Source of the DNA: Candidatus Methylomirabilota bacterium
GTDB lineage: Bacteria > Methylomirabilota > Methylomirabilia > Methylomirabilales > CSP1-5
Length of the DNA stretch: 64,000 nt
Direction of reading: 5' to 3'
NCBI GenBank assembly: GCA_019456075.1
Contig: VRUN01000003.1
Coordinates: 1,794-65,793, forward strand
Shown piece after piece: positions 9,197 through 16,861 of the stretch. The translations under genes and the position numbers were made by a program. Each line of letters begins with the position of its first letter. Position 1 is the stretch's first letter. Under the pieces are notes generated by a model that saw nothing but the letters and a program-made list of their open reading frames with translations, searched no databases and was not told where the DNA came from.

Positions 9197-9979
9197 TCAG
9201 CCCCCCTCGCCCCTGTCGCGCTCGTCTATCTCCACGGCGACGTTGAGGAGCAGGGTTTCCAGATCCTTATCAATGGTCTTGGGAAGATGTGACGCATCTC
9301 GGGACTCAAGGGGAATAAAGGAAAAGTTCCCACTCCGCTCCCGATAGGAAGCCACCACGAGCGCGTTGAATGCCCCTTCTCCCGTCTGTTTTCTGAACTC
9401 CGCGTGCACGACCCGGCCAGACTCAAAGACCATGGCCCCCTCGTCGGCCGACAGGGACAGGACGAGCCGCCCTGATTTCCGGCCAATGGAGACCGCTTGG
9501 GCCACCTCCGTCAAGTCCATAACTGCCAACGAACCCTGAAGGGTGGCTGATGGTGCCTCCTTTGAGGCCATTGGCGTCTTTGCGGCTCGGGCGGAGGGTG
9601 GCGGGGTCGAGACGCCGCGGAGTTTGAGCTGCGTGTCCACGCGGGTCACAAGAGTGGAAGGGGGGGAGTTTTCTGGAAAGACCGTGTCCGCCTCAGTCTG
9701 GGTCGCCACCAGTGCCATCTGTGTCGACCGATCGACCAGGAGGACAAACATAATTTCTTTGGTCGTGGGGTCGGCCCGGACCATTGAGCATAGCTCGGAG
9801 CCGTACATGTCCTCGAACATGGACCGACTGACGATCAGGTCCGGCCGGCGCTGCTTTACACTTGCCAGGGCAGAAGACCCGCTGGTGGCCATCGAGACCT
9901 CGTAGCCCGCCGCTTCGAAGGCCTTTTGAAGCCGAAGGCTGCCGTCTGAATCGGCGTCAACCAGAAGCACCATTGCCAT
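9197..9979 (-). CDS. Receiver-like domain + DUF4388-type domain protein
   Basis: N-terminal CheY-like fold (MAMVLLVDADSDG...PDLIVSRSMFEDMYG), with Arg apparently at the phospho-acceptor Asp position. The C-terminal region matches my memory of DUF4388 (LQGSLAVMDLTEVAQAVSIGRKSGRLVL...GAMVFESGRVVHA...GEGAFNALV). The ORF could also start at GTG 10012. Confidence 0.75.
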   Translation of the reverse strand: MAMVLLVDADSDGSLRLQKAFEAAGYEVSMATSGSSALASVKQRRPDLIVSRSMFEDMYGSELCSMVRADPTTKEIMFVLLVDRSTQMALVATQTEADTVFPENSPPSTLVTRVDTQLKLRGVSTPPPSARAAKTPMASKEAPSATLQGSLAVMDLTEVAQAVSIGRKSGRLVLSLSADEGAMVFESGRVVHAEFRKQTGEGAFNALVVASYRERSGNFSFIPLESRDASHLPKTIDKDLETLLLNVAVEIDERDRGEGG

Positions 9980-10135
9980 GCGAATCCCCCCCAAAGACCA
10001 GCGCGGAAGCACACGGAACCCCGGCGAAACCGGACGGGCCGAGTGCCGTGGCCCAGGGTAACAATCGGCTGCCCCGAGGCTCCCCTGGCCTCCACCCGGT
10101 CAAACCGTGCACCGATCACGATCACGTCTCCGGTC

Positions 10136-10151
10136 TGCAGGGAATGTGCCA
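10136..10151 (-). promoter_or_regulatory. sigma54-type -24/-12 promoter candidate
   Basis: The minus strand reads TGGCACATTCCCTGCA, about 155 nt upstream of ATG 9979. Confidence 0.6.
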
Positions 10152-10296
10152 GGGGCCGTACATGACCGGATGAGTGGCTAAATCCGGCTGCGGAGGTAGG
10201 CGCTGAGATAATCGACCAGAGTCACGATGAGGTAGAGGGCAACGAGGAGGGTGAGAAGCTGGTTTTCGAGAAAGAGGCTGAGCGCAAGGGGGAGCG

Positions 10297-11211
10297 CTAG
10301 GACCCCACGGAAGGGGTGGGACCTACCGCTTGGACGAGGAAGGTGATAAAGGTCTCACAGAGGGGAGATCTGGAGCGGTTCTTGTGATAGACGAGATAGA
10401 AGTCCCGGATGAGCCTGGTTCCCTCGAGGGGAACAGTACAGAGCGTCCCTCGCTCCAAGTCTTCCTGAATCGCCCGGAGTGAGATGACCGAGATCCCTGC
10501 TCCACCCTTTACCGCCTGGCGGACTGCCTCGGTGCTTCCCAGCTCTGCCACGACTTTCAGGGCACCGGAGTCCGCGCCAGCGAGGCGGAGTGCGTCCTCA
10601 AGTACTTTTCTCGATCCGGATCCAACCTCCCGCAAGAGAATCGGCTGTTCGGAAAGCTCTGCCAGGGCAACAGCCGTCTTGGTCGCCCATTCGTGGTCGG
10701 CCGGCAGCGCAAGCACCAGCTCGTCTTCCAAGAACTTCAGGAAGACTAACTGCCCATCGTCGAACTTGGCTCCGACCGCTCCGAGCTCATACGCTCCCTC
10801 CAAGACCCCCCGGGCGATCTCCCGCGAGTCAGCGATCTTCAGCGTCATGGAAACGTCCGGGTACCGGGCCTTGAACCGGGCCAACAGCGCGGGCAGGACG
10901 TAATCCCCGGGAATGTTACTCCCCCCAATGATCAGATGTCCTTTCAGGGAGCCTTTGTACTCCTCCAAGGCTTGAATGGCCTGATTCCTCACGGCAAGCA
11001 CCTGCTTGGCGTATCCATACAGCAGTTCCCCTGCCTTGGTCGGGACCACCTCCCGACCGAGCCGGTCCAGGAGCTTCAGCCCCACGAACTCTTCGAGCCC
11101 TTTGATGTGGCCGCTCAGGGTCGGCTGGGTCAGATAGACCGCCTCAGCCGCCCTCGAGAAGCTTTTCAGCTCTACGATCTTGCAAAAGACCTCTAAGGCG
11201 CGAATATCCAT
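10297..11211 (-). CDS. LysR-family transcriptional regulator
   Basis: N-terminal wHTH (MDIRALEVFCKIVELKSFSRAAEAVYLTQPTLSGHIKGLEE) and a LysR substrate-binding domain. Confidence 0.9.
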   Translation of the reverse strand: MDIRALEVFCKIVELKSFSRAAEAVYLTQPTLSGHIKGLEEFVGLKLLDRLGREVVPTKAGELLYGYAKQVLAVRNQAIQALEEYKGSLKGHLIIGGSNIPGDYVLPALLARFKARYPDVSMTLKIADSREIARGVLEGAYELGAVGAKFDDGQLVFLKFLEDELVLALPADHEWATKTAVALAELSEQPILLREVGSGSRKVLEDALRLAGADSGALKVVAELGSTEAVRQAVKGGAGISVISLRAIQEDLERGTLCTVPLEGTRLIRDFYLVYHKNRSRSPLCETFITFLVQAVGPTPSVGS

Positions 11212-11215
11212 GGGA

Positions 11216-12250
11216 TCATCTCGACTTGACCAGGTCGTGATAGAACCGCTCGTAGGCGTCGATTTCCCCCTCCAGGGAGAACTCCTTTTCGATCTTTGCC
11301 TTCGCCTGCCTACCCAGGCGACGGCGGAGATCGGGATCGCGGATCAGGCGCTCTACTTTCTGTTCACACTCCTCTTCGGATGTGAAGAGGAGACCGTCCA
11401 CCTCGTCGACAATGATGGACCGGTTCCCCTCGATATCCGAGGCGAGGACCGCCACTCCCCGACTCATCGCTTCGAGGAGGGCATTGGACATCCCTCCCTC
11501 CGAGAGGGAGGAGTTCACGACGACGTCCACCTCCCGGAGCATACTACAGATCTCTTCGTGGGGAACCGCTCCCAGATAGCGGGCCCACCGATTTCCCGCC
11601 AGGAGGCTGAGAAGCCGCTCTCCCTCCTCTTCCTCCACAATGGGACCGGCATAGAGGGCGCGAAGATCCGGGTGCCGGGCCTGAAGCCGGGAGAGGGGGG
11701 GAATGCAAAAGGTGAGATTCTTCACCCTGCGGATCCCTGCCGGAAAGAAGAAAACGATATGCTGGGGACCGAGTCCCCACCGTGCCCTATAATCGTCGGG
11801 TTTCTCGTTACAGGCGACCGTTTGGTGGATTACCCGGATCTTTCCGTCAAGCTCCGGGAGCTCCCTCAGAAGCTTTTTCTGGATGCTCTCATGAAAGACG
11901 CCGATCCCCTGCGCGCGCCCCAGGGCCTCGACTACCCGGCCACGCCGTTCGGGATGAAACAAATCAACGTTGACATCTGTGCCGGTGATGGTGATCACGG
12001 CTCGGACATCCAGCCGCCTTGCCTCCTCCACCACGAGGTTACCGGTCATGAAGGCGTGGAACCCGTGAATGAGATTGGGATCAAACGCCCGAATGGCCGA
12101 GGGGATATCCCGCCGATTCTCAAACACCTCCAGCGAGTAAGCCTCTACCAAATGCCCACGGTCTCGGAGTCCTGACGCGATCCGCTCCACCGTGATCGCA
12201 TTGCCGCGAACAGAAGGGGAGTAGTATGGGGTGATCAACGCGATCCGCAT
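11216..12250 (-). CDS. Glycosyltransferase, GT4 (GT-B) family
   Basis: 344 aa starting MRIALITPYYSPSVRGNA, with a C-terminal E-x7-E region (SEGGMSNALLEAMSRGVAVLASD). Confidence 0.85.
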   Translation of the reverse strand: MRIALITPYYSPSVRGNAITVERIASGLRDRGHLVEAYSLEVFENRRDIPSAIRAFDPNLIHGFHAFMTGNLVVEEARRLDVRAVITITGTDVNVDLFHPERRGRVVEALGRAQGIGVFHESIQKKLLRELPELDGKIRVIHQTVACNEKPDDYRARWGLGPQHIVFFFPAGIRRVKNLTFCIPPLSRLQARHPDLRALYAGPIVEEEEGERLLSLLAGNRWARYLGAVPHEEICSMLREVDVVVNSSLSEGGMSNALLEAMSRGVAVLASDIEGNRSIIVDEVDGLLFTSEEECEQKVERLIRDPDLRRRLGRQAKAKIEKEFSLEGEIDAYERFYHDLVKSR

Positions 12251-12278
12251 GTTGAATTCCTCAGTGGATGGTGGCCCC

Positions 12279-13733
12279 TTACCTCCCGGCGAGCTTTTCC
12301 CGGAGCAGATCGTTGATCAGTTGTGGATTGGCCTTCCCTTTGGTCACGCGCATTACCGCCCCGACCAATGCGGTGAGGGCTTTTTCCTTTCCCCCCTTGA
12401 AGTCGGACACGGGGCCAGGGTTTTGCTCTATCACCTGGTCCACGATCTGACTGAGCTCGTCTCGGTCACTGATCTGAACAAGTCCCTTCTCCTCGACGAT
12501 CGTCTCAGGGCTCTTCCTTGTCTGAATCATCTCCTCAAAGACCCCCTTCGCGATCTTCCCGCTGATGACCCCTCCCCGGATCAGGTTCAAGAGGGCGGCC
12601 AATTGGGCTGGGGTGACAGGGTTTTCGGAGATGTCTTTTCCTTCCCGATTGAGGTATCCCAAGAGCTCGGACATGATCCAGTTGCTCACCAGCTTCGCAT
12701 CCCGGTGGAGCTGAGCACATTCTTCAAAATAGTTCGCCAGTGCCTTGCTCCCGGTGAGCACTGCAGCATCATATTCCGGCAGCCCATACGCCTGCACGAA
12801 CCGCCGCCGCCGCTCTGCGGGGAGCTCCGGCAGGCTCGCCGCGATCTCCTCAATCCACGCAGGAGAAACCTCCACCGGGACCAGATCCGGTTCTGGGAAG
12901 TAGCGGTAGTCGTGGGCCTCCTCTTTGCCGCGCATGGGTAGGGTTACCTCTTCGTCAGCATCCCAGAGGCGCGTTTCCTGGATGACGGGTCGACCGGCCC
13001 TCAGGAGCGTCATCTGGCGCTGAATCTCATACTCCAATGCCCGCTGGACGTTTCTGAAGGAGTTCATGTTTTTGACCTCGGTCTTGACTCCGAAGTCCGC
13101 GGACCCCGACGGACGCACCGAGACATTCGCATCGCAGCGAAGATTCCCCTCCTCCATGTTCCCCTGGGACACGCCCAGATATTGCAGGATGGCCCGAAAC
13201 TGTTTCAGAAACTCCGCCGCCTCTTCCGGCGTGCGGAGATCGGGTTCCGTCACCATCTCAATCAACGGTACGCCGCATCGATTGAAATCCACCAGGCTGT
13301 AATCTGCCTGGTCCATCGCCCCGGCGTGGAGAAGTTTCCCTGCATCCTCCTCCAGATGAATCCGCCGAATCCTCACCCGTCTGGCCGTCCCATGGTCACT
13401 CATCTCCACAAAGCCGCCGACGGCCAGGGGAAGTTCGTACTGAGAGATTTGATAGTCCTTGGGCAGATCGGGGTAAAAATAGTTCTTTCGGGCGAAGCGG
13501 CAGTGCGGGGCGACCGTGCCATGGACCGCGAGCGCCGTTCGAATGGCGAATTCCACCGCTTTTTTATTGAGGACCGGCAAGACTCCTGGCATGCCCAGAC
13601 AGACAGGGCACGTCTGTGAGTTGGGGTCTTCTCCAAACCGGGTGCTGCAGCCGCAGAAGATCTTTGATTCGGTGAGGAGCTGGACATGCACCTCGAGTCC
13701 AATCACCGCCTCGTATGTCAGTTCAGCGTTCAT
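12279..13733 (-). CDS. gatB: Asp/Glu-tRNA amidotransferase subunit B
   Basis: 484 aa with full-length GatB pattern (VIGLEVHVQL, CPVCLGMPG, C-terminal YqeY-like tail). Confidence 0.96.
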   Translation of the reverse strand: MNAELTYEAVIGLEVHVQLLTESKIFCGCSTRFGEDPNSQTCPVCLGMPGVLPVLNKKAVEFAIRTALAVHGTVAPHCRFARKNYFYPDLPKDYQISQYELPLAVGGFVEMSDHGTARRVRIRRIHLEEDAGKLLHAGAMDQADYSLVDFNRCGVPLIEMVTEPDLRTPEEAAEFLKQFRAILQYLGVSQGNMEEGNLRCDANVSVRPSGSADFGVKTEVKNMNSFRNVQRALEYEIQRQMTLLRAGRPVIQETRLWDADEEVTLPMRGKEEAHDYRYFPEPDLVPVEVSPAWIEEIAASLPELPAERRRRFVQAYGLPEYDAAVLTGSKALANYFEECAQLHRDAKLVSNWIMSELLGYLNREGKDISENPVTPAQLAALLNLIRGGVISGKIAKGVFEEMIQTRKSPETIVEEKGLVQISDRDELSQIVDQVIEQNPGPVSDFKGGKEKALTALVGAVMRVTKGKANPQLINDLLREKLAGR

Positions 13734-13804
13734 AGTTCAGAGTTCAGTGTTGAAAGTTTATGGTTCAGAGTTCACGGTTCACAGTCCAACGTCCGATGTC
13801 GACC
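13721..13804. repeat. Heptanucleotide tandem array (12 units, GTTCANN family)
   Basis: gttcagc gttcata gttcaga gttcagt gttgaaa gtttatg gttcaga gttcacg gttcaca gtccaac gtccgat gtcgacc, all in one 7-nt register. The first two units overlap the first gatB codons. Confidence 0.9.
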
Positions 13805-14057
13805 AAGAGCGAGGAGGGGGTTCCTTCCGAGGCAGGCGACATCTGGCTTGCGTCTCCGCAAGAGTCCGGAGTCCTTCGGACTGGCCGGGGTCCCGCCGCC
13901 GAAGCGTAGCGCAGGTGGGGGTGGCCCGGATCGGCAAATTACAACGCCTAAGCATGCGTACCGTTGCCTCTGCACATCAAGTCCCCGGAGAATTGTGGCG
14001 CCGCCGAGGAAGGTCCCTCCGAGCTCTTCGCGATGGTCGGGCGTCGGTCGTCGAGAT

Positions 14058-14501
14058 TCAGCCGGACGTCTTGATCGCCTCGAGCCGCATGACATATTCA
14101 TCGGAAAGACCGTGTTCTTCGGCCCCTTGGATCAAGAGGCGCATATACCGTTTCGACGGCGGTCGGTAGCCCTCTGGTTGAGCCACGATATAGGCGTGGG
14201 CCTGCTGCGCTTTCCCATCCTTGGTCTCCACGGTCACCGTCTTCCGGATATAGTCCTTGGGGACCCCCTCGTACTGGTCCAAGACTTTCAGATCCGGCTC
14301 GCCGATCTCCCAGAGGACTCCTTCCATGACCCCTCCCGGCGCGGGCCTAAGATCAGCGGTTCCGCCACCCCACATCGTGGAGCCGCGGACAAAAGTAATA
14401 TCGTAGTCGCGAAGCGTAGCTGCCGAGACGAACTTGGCTCCCGTGCAGCGCTTCTTGAACCAAAACCTTTCCATATTTGAGCCATACGCAAAGTACAACA
14501 T
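14058..14501 (-). CDS. Gamma-glutamylcyclotransferase-like (AIG2/GGACT family) protein
   Basis: N-terminal YFAYGSNM motif, later EGVLWEI...LDQYEG. About 147 aa. It sits between gatA and gatB. Confidence 0.8.
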   Translation of the reverse strand: MLYFAYGSNMERFWFKKRCTGAKFVSAATLRDYDITFVRGSTMWGGGTADLRPAPGGVMEGVLWEIGEPDLKVLDQYEGVPKDYIRKTVTVETKDGKAQQAHAYIVAQPEGYRPPSKRYMRLLIQGAEEHGLSDEYVMRLEAIKTSG

Positions 14502-14511
14502 CACCTTACTC

Positions 14512-14609
14512 GTTCAGGGTTCGTGGTTCAGGGTTCATGGTGGGAAGATCACCGTTCATTGTCCCCGTCCCGGTATTTCCTCTGAACCCTCAACTCTCAA
14601 CCCTGAACT
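14512..14609. repeat. Heptanucleotide array with inverted halves (14 units)
   Basis: The left half is gttcagg gttcgtg gttcagg gttcatg and the right half is ctgaacc ctcaact ctcaacc ctgaact, its reverse-complement family. All units share one 7-nt register. The array fills the gatA-GGCT spacer. Confidence 0.9.
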
Positions 14610-14610
14610 A

Positions 14611-16071
14611 TTACAGGGGTGGTTTACGTCTATGCCACTCCGTGGCCTGTTCGTAGGCAAAGCCCACCTGAAGCAGCGTTGCCTCATCAAAGGGCTTCCC
14701 GAGAAGCTGCAAACCGATGGGAAGCCCGGCTTGGGTAAAGCCACAGGGGAGAGAGATCCCCGGGATCCCTGCAAGGTTGGCTGAGATGGTAAAGATGTCT
14801 GAGAGATACATGGTCAGGGGGTCATCAGTCTTTTCACCGAGACCGAAGGCCGCCGTGGGGGCCGTCGGGGTCACGATCACGTCGCAACGCTTGAAGGCCT
14901 CCTCGAAGTCTTTCCGGATCAGGGTCCGTACCTTGAGAGCCTTCAGATAGTACGCATCGTAGTATCCGGCGCTCAGGCCGTAGGTTCCCAGCATGATCCG
15001 CCGCTTCACCTCGGCACCAAATCCATTCTGCCGGCTCTTCATGTACATTTCGAGAAGATTCCTCGCTTTTCCAGTCCGAACCCCGTACTTCACTCCGTCA
15101 TAGCGAGCCAGATTCGAGCTCGCCTCAGCCGTGGCCACCAGATAGTAGGTCGCCACGGCATACTCGGTGTGCGGGAGAGAGATCCGCTCTGCCTTGGCCC
15201 CCAGGGACTCTAAAACGCTGATTGCCCCCCGGACGGCGGTCTCTACCTCTGCGTCCATTCCCTCGATGAAGTATTCGTCCGGGATACCGATCCTCAGCCC
15301 AGTGATTTCCCTGCCCAACTGGGCTGTGTAGTCTGGGACAGGCATATCCACCGACGTCGAGTCGCAGGGATCATGCCCAGCGAAGACGCGTAAAAGGATC
15401 GCCGCATCTCGAACATCCTTGGTCATGGGCCCGATCTGATCCAAGGATGACGCGAAGGCGATGAGCCCGTATCGGGAGACGCGACCGTACGTGGGCTTCA
15501 GCCCCACGATCCCACAGAAGGCTGCCGGCTGTCGGATGGAGCCCCCCGTGTCTGAGCCGAGGGCCCCGGCACAGAGGTCCGCCGCGACTGCCGCCCCCGA
15601 CCCCCCGCTGGACCCTCCTGGAACCCGGCTGACGTCCCAGGGATTTCGGGTGATCTTGTAGCCCGAATTCTCGGTAGACGAACCCATCGCAAATTCGTCC
15701 ATATTGGTCTTCCCGAGAAGAACCATACCCGCCTGGTCCAAGCGCCTCATCACCGTCGCATCATAGGGCGGAATAAATCCCTCTAAGATCTTGGAGGAGC
15801 AAGTAGTCGGGACACCTTGGGTACAGATCACATCCTTGATGGCGAGTGGAACACCCGCCAATGGACTAACCTGCTCCCCTTTATCCAGACGCCGATCCAG
15901 ACGAGCCGCCCTCGTGAGCGCCTCCCGGCCCGTCACGGCCATGTAAGCCTGGACCTTTCCCTCTTCTTGCGCGATGCGCTTGAGAAAGGCTCTCAGCACC
16001 TGGCCAGCCGTCACCTCCCGGCGCTGGAGCAGTCCCTGCAGATCATGAATGGTGAGAGCCGTTAGTTCCAT
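14611..16071 (-). CDS. gatA: Glu-tRNA(Gln)/Asp-tRNA(Asn) amidotransferase subunit A
   Basis: 486 aa with the amidase signature ([28 protein letters not shown]). Confidence 0.96.
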   Translation of the reverse strand: MELTALTIHDLQGLLQRREVTAGQVLRAFLKRIAQEEGKVQAYMAVTGREALTRAARLDRRLDKGEQVSPLAGVPLAIKDVICTQGVPTTCSSKILEGFIPPYDATVMRRLDQAGMVLLGKTNMDEFAMGSSTENSGYKITRNPWDVSRVPGGSSGGSGAAVAADLCAGALGSDTGGSIRQPAAFCGIVGLKPTYGRVSRYGLIAFASSLDQIGPMTKDVRDAAILLRVFAGHDPCDSTSVDMPVPDYTAQLGREITGLRIGIPDEYFIEGMDAEVETAVRGAISVLESLGAKAERISLPHTEYAVATYYLVATAEASSNLARYDGVKYGVRTGKARNLLEMYMKSRQNGFGAEVKRRIMLGTYGLSAGYYDAYYLKALKVRTLIRKDFEEAFKRCDVIVTPTAPTAAFGLGEKTDDPLTMYLSDIFTISANLAGIPGISLPCGFTQAGLPIGLQLLGKPFDEATLLQVGFAYEQATEWHRRKPPL

Positions 16072-16075
16072 ACTA

Positions 16076-16183
16076 GTTCACAGTTCACAGTTTGTCGTTC
16101 ATGGTTCATGGATAAGACCGACCACCTCGACACACGCCTTCCTATTTCAGTAAGCCCTGAACCCTGAACCATCCACCATGAAC
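16076..16183. repeat. Heptanucleotide array with inverted halves
   Basis: The left half is gttcaca gttcaca gtttgtc gttcatg gttcatg. The right half is cctgaac cctgaac catccac catgaac. The array fills the gatC-gatA spacer. Confidence 0.88.
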
Positions 16184-16474
16184 CTACTCCTCAAGGATGC
16201 GGGGAACGCGGAAGAAAACCTCCTGGCGATCAGGGGCATTAGCCAGGGCCTCTTCTTGAGAAAGGCACGACGAGACCGCATCCTCGCGAAAGACATTGGT
16301 CATGGGGATGACGTGAGAAGTCGGTTCGATCTCACTGGTATTCAGCTGGTTGAGCTTATCAATGTAAGTCAGGATCGCATTCAGCTGGGCCTGCATCTTT
16401 TCCCTCTCCTCGCCGGAAAGGCCCAACCGGGCGAGCCTCGCCACATGTTCCACCTCTTGGCGCGTAATCTTCAT
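16184..16474 (-). CDS. gatC: Asp/Glu-tRNA amidotransferase subunit C
   Basis: MKITRQEVEHVARLARLGLSGEE... is the typical GatC N-terminus. ATG at 16474 has a GGAGGAGG RBS. The ORF track's TTG at 16489 is less likely. Confidence 0.93.
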   Translation of the reverse strand: MKITRQEVEHVARLARLGLSGEEREKMQAQLNAILTYIDKLNQLNTSEIEPTSHVIPMTNVFREDAVSSCLSQEEALANAPDRQEVFFRVPRILEE

Positions 16475-16494
16475 CGCCTCCTCCGCCAAAGGAA

Positions 16495-16503
16495 ATTATA
16501 GCA
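16495..16503 (-). promoter_or_regulatory. Extended -10 promoter candidate for gatC
   Basis: The minus strand reads TGCTATAAT, ending about 20 nt upstream of the gatC ATG. Confidence 0.4.
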
Positions 16504-16590
16504 TGATAGCATTTCACGATGGGTCCGCAAAGATTTTCCGATGAGAGGTTCTCTTCCTAACAGCCCAGCATCTGCACCTCCCTCGCCCTC

Positions 16591-16632
16591 CCGAAGAGAC
16601 CCGATTCTCCTCGGGATTTTTATTTTCTTCTT
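16591..16632 (+). terminator. Orphan plus-strand intrinsic terminator-like hairpin
   Basis: CCGAAGAG-acccgatt-CTCCTCGG (7 of 8 bp) followed by GATTTTTATTTTCTTCTT. The T-run is present on the plus strand only, and no plus-strand gene lies upstream. Confidence 0.35.
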
Positions 16633-16861
16633 AGGCAGCACGTGGAGGCCCCGAGCGACATGCCCGGAGCGGCGGGGCCCCTCGGCAGGCGACGGCCTGG
16701 GAAACCGAGGCGCGATCCGTGCCTGTTTTCCTCCTGCATGGATCGTGAACACGGAGGGACCCAGGCCGTAAGCCGCCGCTCAGGGTCGCCGCGGGAGGCC
16801 CGGAGCGAGGGGCCGAAGGTGTTGTTTTCGAGGAAGGATGTTGTCCCGAGCTGTTCTCGTT

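Noticed and set aside
9838-9853. A sigma54-like motif TGGCAAGTGTAAAGCA on the minus strand.
   Set aside because: It lies inside the REC-DUF4388 coding sequence with no downstream gene start to serve, and the -12 region (AAAGCA) is poor. It is likely a chance match.
10152-10296. A hydrophobic reading frame on the minus strand (…LALPLALSLFLENQLLTLLVALYLIVTLVDYLSAYLRSRI*) between the LysR gene and the sigma54 promoter.
   Set aside because: There is no ATG/GTG/TTG start after the upstream in-frame stop. It may be a remnant of a membrane-protein gene or a coincidence, and I cannot support it as a CDS.
13721-16183. Whether the short tandem repeats are a CRISPR array.
   Set aside because: The units are 7 nt with no unique spacers, there are no cas genes, and the arrays are under 150 bp. 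They are microsatellite-like heptamer arrays, not CRISPR.
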